A program made the translations under genes and the position numbers. A DNA stretch of 64,000 bases from Candidatus Methylomirabilales bacterium (GTDB lineage Bacteria; Methylomirabilota; Methylomirabilia; Methylomirabilales; CSP1-5). Below the pieces are notes generated by a model. The model did no database searches. It had not been told where the DNA came from and was given only the letters and a program-made list of their open reading frames with translations. Positions 43,352-52,022 of the stretch are shown here, piece after piece. Position 1 is the first letter of the stretch. Every line of letters starts with the position of its first letter. The DNA is taken from NCBI GenBank assembly GCA_050732295.1, contig JBOHQS010000002.1:416-64415 (forward strand), read 5' to 3'.

Positions 43352-44119
43352 TTATCTCTTAATTCGACCGCCTTCCAGGAGGCTCGAAGCTACCTGCAGG
43401 TCATATAGGCTGTCGATTTCCAGCCAGCCCCCAGATACAGGCACTGAATTCACGGAGTAGCCCAGATCGATCATGGCCTGTAGCAAATCCGTTACAAAGA
43501 GATTGCGCAATGGCCGACTCCCACTAAACGGCAATCGTCCCGCCTCCTCATCTCTAAGGGCAATAGCGTACGTCTGCCGAAGTGCATCTACCCCCGATTC
43601 TCGAAACGCCACCAAGCCAATATATTGACCGTCGATATGCGTGACGTCCTTCTCAGGTTGACCTATGCTTCGGATGCGCCCCGTCTCGTCCATCCGCAGA
43701 CTTTCCGCGTCGCTAAGTGGATCGTTAAACCGCAGTCTCCAGTAATCAAGCCAATTTCGATCTACTACGACCGCGACAGGAGCCTCGTTGACCAGCAGGG
43801 CTCGGAGCACGCTCACGTCATACACAACGTCTGCGTAAGATAAGACGAATCCCCGACCAAAGGATGATTCAGCACAGAACAAGCTGTAAACCATATTGGT
43901 TGAATCGTAGTCCTGGTTGATCACCAGACGCAGGCCAGGCCGTTGTAGCCGTTCAGCCATATGGCCGCCGACGACTACGACCTCGGGAATCCCCACCTTC
44001 TCCGCGGCTTCCAACTGCCAGTCGAGCAATGAACGACCGCCCAGCTCAATGAGGCACTTCGGAGAGGAATCGGTCAAGGGGCGCAACCGCGTACCCCGGC
44101 CGGCGGCCAGAATAATCAT
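43352..44119 (-). CDS. Nucleotidyltransferase (LicC / Cj1416-like cytidylyltransferase)
   Basis: MIILAAGRGTRLRPLTDSSPKCL. ATG 44119 forms an ATGA overlap with the upstream stop (track start 44137). Confidence 0.8.
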   Translation of the reverse strand: MIILAAGRGTRLRPLTDSSPKCLIELGGRSLLDWQLEAAEKVGIPEVVVVGGHMAERLQRPGLRLVINQDYDSTNMVYSLFCAESSFGRGFVLSYADVVYDVSVLRALLVNEAPVAVVVDRNWLDYWRLRFNDPLSDAESLRMDETGRIRSIGQPEKDVTHIDGQYIGLVAFRESGVDALRQTYAIALRDEEAGRLPFSGSRPLRNLFVTDLLQAMIDLGYSVNSVPVSGGWLEIDSLYDLQVASSLLEGGRIKR

Positions 44120-44778
44120 TCGCATTTCGCCAGCCAATCCTCCAGCAAAGCCCGATCCAAGTCAGCAGCTGGGTTCTCGCGCTCAGGATGCCACTGAACT
44201 GCCACGATCGGCAGATTAGGATGGTACAACCCTTCGATGACGCCGCCAGTGGCAATCGCAAACGTTCTCAGGTCGGGCGACAAACCATCCAATAAGACGC
44301 CCTGTTTGTGGTAAGAGTTCGTTATGACATCCTGGAAAGCCTCCATGCTCCGACACGGCCGCGCCACGATTTCTATCGGGTGATGGACGTTCACATGTGC
44401 AGCAATCCGCCCCAAATCACGGACCACCCTTCCCCCAAAGTAGCTATTAATCACGTGCAGTCCACGGCACACACCAAATATGGGCACTCGATTCCTCAGC
44501 CCAGCGTCAAGCAGTGCAATCTCTGTACTGTCCCGCGGACTGGCGGTATTTCCCTCAGCCTCACCTGGCAGCGGACCAACGTCGTTTCCACCCGTGAGAA
44601 GCAAACCCTGGGGGCGCAAGGTTTCAAGGTAACGCGCTGGATCACACAGGGAGTTCGGGATCAATACCGGAGTTACCCCCAACCGGTCTAAGGTTTTAAC
44701 CCAGTCGTGACTGATTGCGTCACGCATCTCGAAGTATTCGTCGTTAACCGTAATTCGCATTGAAAGGGCAATTATCAT
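44116..44778 (-). CDS. Class I glutamine amidotransferase / peptidase C26 (gamma-glutamyl hydrolase type; Cj1417-like)
   Basis: PIFGVCRGLHVINSYFGG (Cys nucleophile); VAVQWHPE. ATG 44778 forms an ATGA overlap (track start 44808). Confidence 0.8.
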   Translation of the reverse strand: MIIALSMRITVNDEYFEMRDAISHDWVKTLDRLGVTPVLIPNSLCDPARYLETLRPQGLLLTGGNDVGPLPGEAEGNTASPRDSTEIALLDAGLRNRVPIFGVCRGLHVINSYFGGRVVRDLGRIAAHVNVHHPIEIVARPCRSMEAFQDVITNSYHKQGVLLDGLSPDLRTFAIATGGVIEGLYHPNLPIVAVQWHPERENPAADLDRALLEDWLAKCE

Positions 44779-47700
44779 CCTATGGCTCGCACTATCTTGT
44801 TTCCACAATCAAGCTCGATCATTCCTGCGTGGCGTAGGCGCTCGAAAATGACCTCCCCACAACCAATCGCCCCAGGCAACCCAAACTCCGCTGCACGGAT
44901 TGCCATGTGAGACCCCGCACCCCCATATTGGGTAATCAGCCCTGCGATGCGATGACTGAAAATCCAGTCGTAACCTGGATCAGCCGCCCGAATCAGTACA
45001 ATTTTCCCCTCTAACAGCACTCTGGGGACACTACCCTCAATAGCAATCACAGGGGCTACGACCCGCTTCGTGGAAATGAAGTTTGCCGCCCACTCCTCAA
45101 GCCGAAACGCCATGATATCATCTACCGACCGCACCAAATGCGGCAGTCGAAGACTGGAAGTTAAGTTCCACCTCTTTTTCTGAAGCTCAATCGTCCGTCG
45201 AAACCCTGTCCGCACGGCACTACTCAAGCTGTCAGTTGCGTAGCTGAGAATCGTATCGATCGGAAGAAAGGAAATCTCTTCCCGTGAAAAGCCAAGTGCC
45301 TCGCCTAGCTGCGCTATCGCCTCAAGGGATGCGTTTAAGGACTTCGTGAATTCAAATTTGGCCCATTCACGTCCAGCGATGCTCGAAAAAACAAAGTCCC
45401 GCACATCGGCCACAGTCGCCCTGAATGCCAAGCTATGGAGCAAGTTCTCAATCTCCGTGGCACGCGCATCAAAGATCTCCATTCCTCGTTGCAGGTCGGG
45501 GTATCTCGTGGTCCCTTCCTTCACCCCTGCAGGGTTGAAGTACGTATCCCAGGCGTTCGCATAATTTGGCGAGGTGACATCAAAGGACCCTGGTCGGAGG
45601 TGCCCATACCGTTCGAGAAGCTCGCTCTTGGAAAGCCGTCCCGCCGCCTCTTCCCCTAGGTCACGCGTCAGCTCTGACGCGACCGTAGGTATCGATCCCA
45701 AGAGCTCTTCGCACTCTCCCTCAGAGAAAACACCAACTTTCCGAAGAGACCGCAGGATCGACATCGCAATGAACGCATATCGGGCCAGGATCGCGAACGG
45801 CAATGTCCCGAATCGTTCACAATCAGCCAAAAGCATGTGGATTCGACGTGCGACTGCCGAACAGCCGGAGTCAGGACTTGCCAGCCAGCGCTGGCGTCTA
45901 GAAGCAAGCAATTGCAGTTGCTCTTTCTGTGAGTTAACCGATGCAGAACCACCTGCAAATACCCCATCAGTCAAACGAAGGAGTTGCTGCCGAAATTCTG
46001 TACTTTCAGCTTGATTGAGACCTGCTTCACGAAGGCGACACAATTGATTATCAAAATCGAAACTCAGGCACGTAATTGCAACCTCGAACTCGATCTTGTC
46101 ATGAAGATGTGGCTTTTCGGTGAGCAAATGTAAACAGTGATTTATCCAAGGCTCCGCTATTCCCTCAGGCAGGGCGCCCGGTAGGAAAGAATTCAGGCTT
46201 GCCCGGACATCCACATAGGGCCTTCCCCCGAGGGAGACTATCAGAGGCTCAGGACACACATCTCGGTAGCCAATGAGTGCCCGTGCCGTTGCCCAGGTGC
46301 GGCTGCCTATCAAGCGCTGAAACAATGAAAGTGCCAAAGGCCGAGGTGTAGCGCCAATTAATTCGGCAGGATTCCAATCAGGCATAGTACCGAAGACGGT
46401 CGTATTGCCCGCTAACGTGGGATGAGGTCTCAGATGCGCCCGGAGAAATTCCGAAATGTGAAAGAGCTCCTCGAACAAATCGTCGTCTGCCAATTCAAAC
46501 TTTCTCGCACGTTTTGAAATGGGTCGAACCTGAAAGAGGTACGTAGTACCCGCTCGGTCGATCCCAAACTCGATATCGAGATCATCTAGGTGAGTGAGCT
46601 CCTCCAGCTCGCGTCCCAGTTTTGCAGACGCCCGCACATCTGCGTCAAGCCGTGTGCAATCGTCATGGCGCGGAATGTAAAAGGTCTCGGAGTTGCATGC
46701 CTTACCCGAGGTAATCAGGTCCGACCGCCCGGAAGAGCGGTCAATATTCAGTACGTAATACGGGGCCCCCGTTTCTATGTCCCTGGTGAGCAGAACGCCG
46801 CTGACCGCGAGATCCCGCAACTGAGGTTGGACCAATACTTCGTCCTTGCGGTGCAAGATTCGGCCTGAGCTTTGGTAGCTCCTCACTACCTTATCCACCG
46901 CTTCCCGCAAACAGTCTGCCAAATCGACCGGCACATCGAGAACGCTCTCGAAGCGTCCGGCAGCAGATTCCTCGAGCCCGTCCTCTGAGTGAGCACAACT
47001 CCGAACCACGACATTATTGTCCGAGAAGGCTTCTTGAACCCTTCCAATAATCGAATCAGGATCATCCAGCCAGTCGGATGCCCTGAACCGTACCTGGTCC
47101 AGCACCACGGCACTCTTAATGAGGGGCGCAACCTGCTCAAGCGTTCTCCCCTTCCCTCCGAACACTGTACGGGCCACTGCAACAGGATCATGCACTGGGG
47201 CAACAAGACCATCGAGATTAAGTCTGTGTACCGGCAGTCCTTCTGCTGCCATCGTCGATAACCATTGCTCCAGATCGGCAGTCATGTCTTGCTGTGTCAT
47301 TGACTCCGCTATCGAGAATGCCCTGGACGCGTAAGATGCGGGAAGCGCTATGAGGCCAGCGAAGCACTCCAATGAACCATCCAAATAGTAGGCGGCAGGC
47401 AAACCCCCATCCTCAATAAGCAGCTGTCGAAGTGCTTCCGGGACGCAAATTGTGCTCGAACGTATGATTAGACAATCATTTGTGACGGTGGGACGCGCAA
47501 GGCGCAATCCAACTAATTCCCCTTCGCCTCTCCAGCGGGCATGAAATCGATATCGCATATCAGGATATCGCTCGATAACCTTCTGGATATGGTACCCTCC
47601 GATGTACGTAATATCTTCGATGCTCCAGCTAGAGAGCGCGTGGAGGACCCAATCGAGAACGGTGCGACTGGACTCAACGGATCGCAATGAGGTGGGGAAA

Positions 47701-47819
47701 CTACGCGTATTGTCCAGTCGCCGCGTTCCTCGCCGGGAATCAATTATGACGGCGCAGAGGCCGACCCTTCCCAATTCAGGCATTCTTCTTGGACCAAGCC
47801 CTTTCGACCCACCAGCCAT
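44775..47819 (-). CDS. PEP-utilising / pyruvate-phosphate-dikinase-like phosphotransferase with N-terminal degenerate nucleotidyltransferase-like domain (Cj1418-like candidate L-glutamine kinase)
   Basis: 1014 aa. ATP-grasp PPDK_N features FGGKGRTLEQV, VVVRSCAHSEDGLEESAAGRFESV. C-terminal swivel-His motif ITQYGGAGSHMAIRAAEFGLPGAIGCG. Confidence 0.75.
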   Translation of the reverse strand: MAGGSKGLGPRRMPELGRVGLCAVIIDSRRGTRRLDNTRSFPTSLRSVESSRTVLDWVLHALSSWSIEDITYIGGYHIQKVIERYPDMRYRFHARWRGEGELVGLRLARPTVTNDCLIIRSSTICVPEALRQLLIEDGGLPAAYYLDGSLECFAGLIALPASYASRAFSIAESMTQQDMTADLEQWLSTMAAEGLPVHRLNLDGLVAPVHDPVAVARTVFGGKGRTLEQVAPLIKSAVVLDQVRFRASDWLDDPDSIIGRVQEAFSDNNVVVRSCAHSEDGLEESAAGRFESVLDVPVDLADCLREAVDKVVRSYQSSGRILHRKDEVLVQPQLRDLAVSGVLLTRDIETGAPYYVLNIDRSSGRSDLITSGKACNSETFYIPRHDDCTRLDADVRASAKLGRELEELTHLDDLDIEFGIDRAGTTYLFQVRPISKRARKFELADDDLFEELFHISEFLRAHLRPHPTLAGNTTVFGTMPDWNPAELIGATPRPLALSLFQRLIGSRTWATARALIGYRDVCPEPLIVSLGGRPYVDVRASLNSFLPGALPEGIAEPWINHCLHLLTEKPHLHDKIEFEVAITCLSFDFDNQLCRLREAGLNQAESTEFRQQLLRLTDGVFAGGSASVNSQKEQLQLLASRRQRWLASPDSGCSAVARRIHMLLADCERFGTLPFAILARYAFIAMSILRSLRKVGVFSEGECEELLGSIPTVASELTRDLGEEAAGRLSKSELLERYGHLRPGSFDVTSPNYANAWDTYFNPAGVKEGTTRYPDLQRGMEIFDARATEIENLLHSLAFRATVADVRDFVFSSIAGREWAKFEFTKSLNASLEAIAQLGEALGFSREEISFLPIDTILSYATDSLSSAVRTGFRRTIELQKKRWNLTSSLRLPHLVRSVDDIMAFRLEEWAANFISTKRVVAPVIAIEGSVPRVLLEGKIVLIRAADPGYDWIFSHRIAGLITQYGGAGSHMAIRAAEFGLPGAIGCGEVIFERLRHAGMIELDCGNKIVRAIG

Positions 47820-47855
47820 ATGTGCGTGCCTAACGCAATACTCCGTGCGCAGGTG

Positions 47856-48674
47856 TTACGGAATCAGGAACCCTCGCAGCGTGAACTTCGTGCTCGGCTC
47901 ACGGAGCCGCTCGATCACGCGGATATTGAGCCCGGCGCGGGCGGCGAGGAGCGCGAGTGACGCAGCGCTGAAGACGTGGTGATGATCAATGAAGAATTCC
48001 TCACGGCCCGGGCCCCCATGAACGGCCGCTTCGCCATCCGGCACCTCGACGTAGACCAAGCCCCCGGGATGCAGAAACTTGACGGCTCGGGCGAGCATTC
48101 CAATCGGATCCTTGACGTGCTCGAGGACCTTATTGAAGGTCACGACGTCGTATTGTCCGACGTCCTCGATGGCCGCGAAATCACCGCAGATCCCTCGGAC
48201 CCCGACCACATCCTGCGCATGGGCAACGAGCCGTGGATCGCGATCGAGCGCCGTCCCGTCCCACCCGGCGGTCTTCATGCGGTGCAGGAACACGCACAGG
48301 CCCGACCCGACGTCGAGCACCGTCGGCGCTCGACCCTCCCGGGCTGGGGCCGCGAGATGGTGCCCCGCGAAATCCAGTATCCGCCGCACCCGCCCCACGT
48401 TGTCGGACTGCTCCGGCGGCAGCGACACGATCCGCTCAAAGGCCTTGTGGATGCCGGCCCTTCCGTAATTCGCGCTGACATACTCCTCCCGGTAGAGCCC
48501 CGTATCGTCCATGGCGTGCACCGAGACGAAATGACTGCACACGGGGCACCGCAGAACCTCACGGCGGTACTCTGCGACCGCGCTGAACTGGAAGCGCACC
48601 TCGCCTGCGGGTGGCGCATCATACGTGAACGCCGTCGTCCACTCCTTACCGCCGCACAGGCAGCGCGGGTTCAC
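47856..48674 (-). CDS. Class I SAM-dependent methyltransferase with N-terminal zinc ribbon
   Basis: CLCGG...CPVCSH; motif I VLDVGSGLCVFLHRM. I prefer GTG 48674 (GTGA overlap with the upstream stop). The track start at 48743 would overlap by 73 nt. Confidence 0.75.
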   Translation of the reverse strand: MNPRCLCGGKEWTTAFTYDAPPAGEVRFQFSAVAEYRREVLRCPVCSHFVSVHAMDDTGLYREEYVSANYGRAGIHKAFERIVSLPPEQSDNVGRVRRILDFAGHHLAAPAREGRAPTVLDVGSGLCVFLHRMKTAGWDGTALDRDPRLVAHAQDVVGVRGICGDFAAIEDVGQYDVVTFNKVLEHVKDPIGMLARAVKFLHPGGLVYVEVPDGEAAVHGGPGREEFFIDHHHVFSAASLALLAARAGLNIRVIERLREPSTKFTLRGFLIP

Positions 48675-49069
48675 CGATCCCCCTCGTCGGACAATCGAAC
48701 CCTGGCCTCCAGGCGCTCGAGCGCCCCGCTTTCGTCGAGCCACGACACCACCGTGAGCCGCTCATCGGCGACGTACCGCTCGAAGGCCGCTTCCTGGCCA
48801 CGCTCGACCAGGAGGACAAAGTACTGCTCGATCCGGTTCTTCACCAGCACGCCCCGCAGGCCGAACCGTTGCAGTCGTCCGTTCAGCGACGGCGTCGCGT
48901 AAAACCCCCACACCTTCCGGGCCACGTCGTACTCGGCCCCCGAGGGTGTCGTGAAGGTCACCTGTTCATCCGGGTCCAGCTCGACGCGGCCGCAATCCTT
49001 GAGGCGAATCTTCTCTTCCCCGTGGCCCACGTCGAACACGCGCGGCGGATCGACCGGCGTGAACTTCAT
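48671..49069 (-). CDS. Hypothetical protein
   Basis: 132 aa from ATG 49069 (ATGA overlap; track start 49111). I recognise no motif. Confidence 0.5.
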   Translation of the reverse strand: MKFTPVDPPRVFDVGHGEEKIRLKDCGRVELDPDEQVTFTTPSGAEYDVARKVWGFYATPSLNGRLQRFGLRGVLVKNRIEQYFVLLVERGQEAAFERYVADERLTVVSWLDESGALERLEARVRLSDEGDR

Positions 49070-50184
49070 ATCCAATTCCAATCCGGGATCAGGAATCCCT
49101 CGATCATCCACTTCCCATCACGGCGCATCCAGATGTCCCGATTCCTGAATCGCTCGATCACGTCGAAGAAGTGCGCCTCGGTGATCCCGACGAACCGACA
49201 GAACTGGCCGATGTCCTCATGAGGAGTTTCGTCGCCCCGTTTCCGCAGGACCTCGATGGCCTCTTCCCGCGTCATCCGCCCGTTCCGGATCTCCAGCGAC
49301 AGGTTGTCGAACGTGCGCGTGAAGCCGAATTTGTACCACTTCAGCCAGTGGTGGATCGAGATGAAGTCATCGTCGATGTCGGCATAGTCGTAGTACCCGG
49401 TCTTCGGCCCCTCCGGCCGAGGCTCGAAGCCGTGCGCCCTGGCGACGGCGAGGCTCGTTTCCGGATCCCAGGGGAAGTAGAACCCCAGGAAGACGGCGAG
49501 GATCTCTTTGGCAGCCAGCTCCTCTTCGGGTGGTCCGAAGTAGGGGGTCAGCTCTCTTTCCGACAGCTCTCCCGAGATCCAGTCGCGCGCCGTCGTACCG
49601 TGCGTGACGCCGTATTTACTCAGCCAGGCACGGTCCAACCGGAAGCCGTGGAGGGTATCCTCATCGCCGCCATACTCCACGGCAGAGTTCTCGCCCCACA
49701 CCACCAAGGGGATGTTGAACCTGACCGCGATCGTCAGCGGGATGTTGAACAACGCCAGATGCATCGGGATGGCCGGGCTTCCGTACCGGATCAGCGCCCG
49801 ATACATAAACTTCCGCTCCACCTTGGGGTTGATCTGATAATCAACATGGTCCACGCCCAAGCCGACCAGATTGGCCAGGTTCCTCGCGCCGATCTCCGTG
49901 CGAGCCGGTGTCTTCCAGGTCACCGCCAGCGGGTTCAACCCGTATTCGAGGCACTTCACCACCTGCCAGGTGCTGTCCTTACCCCCACTCACGGGCACCA
50001 GACAGTCGTAGCCCCGGCTCCGCGCCCTGGCCCGCCCCACGACCTCTCGGAACGCCCGCTCACGCACGGCCCAGTCGATCTCGCGCCGCATCCCGTGCGC
50101 TACGCAGGCGTTACACACCCCCTCCTCGTTCAGCCGGATGTTCGGCCGGGTAGAGGGCGTGATGCACCGGGCGCAGTATCTCAT
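49066..50184 (-). CDS. N-acetyl-sugar amidotransferase (PseA/WbuX/LfnA PP-loop family)
   Basis: MRYCARCITPSTRPNIRLNEEGVCNAC; LVPVSGGKDSTWQV. ATG 50184 forms an ATGA overlap (the track start at 50193 is a GTG). Confidence 0.8.
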   Translation of the reverse strand: MRYCARCITPSTRPNIRLNEEGVCNACVAHGMRREIDWAVRERAFREVVGRARARSRGYDCLVPVSGGKDSTWQVVKCLEYGLNPLAVTWKTPARTEIGARNLANLVGLGVDHVDYQINPKVERKFMYRALIRYGSPAIPMHLALFNIPLTIAVRFNIPLVVWGENSAVEYGGDEDTLHGFRLDRAWLSKYGVTHGTTARDWISGELSERELTPYFGPPEEELAAKEILAVFLGFYFPWDPETSLAVARAHGFEPRPEGPKTGYYDYADIDDDFISIHHWLKWYKFGFTRTFDNLSLEIRNGRMTREEAIEVLRKRGDETPHEDIGQFCRFVGITEAHFFDVIERFRNRDIWMRRDGKWMIEGFLIPDWNWI

Positions 50185-52013
50185 CCCGCACACTCTTCCA
50201 GAAACATCTTGCTGCTCAGAAACGAAAAGAGGAACTTGCTTTCGCTGTTCGGCAGATCAGTTTTCGCGATCAATTGCTCGATGCGGTTCCGCCGGACGTG
50301 CTCGAAGATCGGGCTCTCGTCGAGCAGACAGGCGCGGACCTCGGGATCAGCCACGTCGAGAAACGAAAAGATTGGGGCGTTGAATCCCACCTTCCGTGGA
50401 TTGTCGAGGATGCGCTGGGGCACAATGCCGCGCATCGCATCGCGCAGCACGACCTTGGCGAGGCCCCGGCGAATCAGGTGCCGTGAGGGGATGCGGTAGC
50501 AGAATTCAAACAACGCCCGATCCAGGTAGGGCGACCGATTTTCGATGGAGAAGTACATGGCGTTCAGGTCGTCCTCGTGCAGGATCACCGGGACGGCCTC
50601 GTGGAACATCTCGTTCAGCATTCGGTTGCGCAGAAGGCTGCCGACGTAGTGACGCTCGTTGAACGGCTCCGACCACTCCACTTTCAGGGTACGGGCGAAT
50701 TCATTGGCGCCCAGATAGATGTGGTCCCGCATCGCCGGATTCTCGATGAACAGGTCGGGATTCTGCAGGTACGGGTTCCGCACAAACGGCTTCACCACCT
50801 GCAGCCACGCCTCTCGCGCGCTCTTGGAAAGCTCTCGATCATCCCGGATCTCGTAGAAGTAGGCGAGGTGATGGTCGAAATAGCCGGTGAAGAGCTCGTC
50901 GGCCGCGGTGCCGCTGACGGCTATCCGGTACCCGTGGGCGGCGATCAGCTCCATCAGCAGCCAGTGTGCGAAGTAGGTAATGGTGTAGACCGGGGCGTCG
51001 TGCTGACGCACCAGGGTCCGCAATTTCGGCAGGAAATCTTTCGTGTCCACGGGAATCGAGGTGTGGCGGATCCCAAGCGCGGCGACGGCGTGCTCCACCA
51101 TATCCTGCTCTTCGTACCGCGCGTCGGAGTTGGCGATGGTGAAGCCGTGGACGTCATACCCGCAGACGTTCTTCGCGATGCTGATCAACGAATTGGAGTC
51201 CACGCCTCCGCTCATGCAGAACGCGAGGGGGACGTCGGCTCGGAGGCGCAGCTTGACGGCCCGGATCAACCTCTCGCGCACCCCCGCCACCGCCTCCGCG
51301 TAGGTCATCCCCTGGTCCACGACGCAGCGCGGCTGCCAGTATTTCTGTGTCTCTTCCCGACCCGCGGCGTCGATCCGCAAGAGGGAGGCGGGGGGCAGCT
51401 CGGAGAGGCCCTGAAAAAAGGTGTGATCCTCCTTGTAGAGCGCCTTATATCCGTTGACCAGGAAACGATAGATATGCTCGACGTTGACGGGAAGCCGTCG
51501 CCCAAGCAACGCAACGATGAACTTGATCTCGGAGCCGAAGGTGAGTCCCGTCTCATCCCGATACAGGTAGAGCGGCTTCTCCCCGAAACGATCACGGCAC
51601 AACGTGAGCGATCCGTCCGTCTCGTCATGAAGGGCGAAGGCCCACATCCCCTCGCACCGGTCGAGCACGGGCCACCCGAAGTGGTCGATGGCCTGCAAGA
51701 GGACTTCGGTGTCCGAGGTCGTCCTGAACGGGACCCCCTGCTTCGTCAACCCTTCGCGCAGCTCGACATAGTTGTACAGCTCGCCGTTGTAGACCAGCCA
51801 TTGCGTGCCGATCTGGAACGGCTGGTTGGCCCGCTCGTCGAGGTCGATAATGCTCAACCGGGAATGGAGGAGGTAGACATTTCGGCCGGCGGAATTGACC
51901 CAGTGCCGTGAGGCTGCATGATCCGGACCTCGCCGACCCATCAGGCGGAGACACGCCTCAATGCGATCCGGGGTAACCTGTCGTGCGCCGAAGTATCCCG
52001 CGATCCCGCACAT
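50181..52013 (-). CDS. asnB: Asparagine synthase (glutamine-hydrolysing)-family amidotransferase
   Basis: 610 aa. MCGIAGYFG; YNGELYN; SGGVDSN. Confidence 0.85.
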   Translation of the reverse strand: MCGIAGYFGARQVTPDRIEACLRLMGRRGPDHAASRHWVNSAGRNVYLLHSRLSIIDLDERANQPFQIGTQWLVYNGELYNYVELREGLTKQGVPFRTTSDTEVLLQAIDHFGWPVLDRCEGMWAFALHDETDGSLTLCRDRFGEKPLYLYRDETGLTFGSEIKFIVALLGRRLPVNVEHIYRFLVNGYKALYKEDHTFFQGLSELPPASLLRIDAAGREETQKYWQPRCVVDQGMTYAEAVAGVRERLIRAVKLRLRADVPLAFCMSGGVDSNSLISIAKNVCGYDVHGFTIANSDARYEEQDMVEHAVAALGIRHTSIPVDTKDFLPKLRTLVRQHDAPVYTITYFAHWLLMELIAAHGYRIAVSGTAADELFTGYFDHHLAYFYEIRDDRELSKSAREAWLQVVKPFVRNPYLQNPDLFIENPAMRDHIYLGANEFARTLKVEWSEPFNERHYVGSLLRNRMLNEMFHEAVPVILHEDDLNAMYFSIENRSPYLDRALFEFCYRIPSRHLIRRGLAKVVLRDAMRGIVPQRILDNPRKVGFNAPIFSFLDVADPEVRACLLDESPIFEHVRRNRIEQLIAKTDLPNSESKFLFSFLSSKMFLEECAG

Positions 52014-52022
52014 CAGCCGCCC

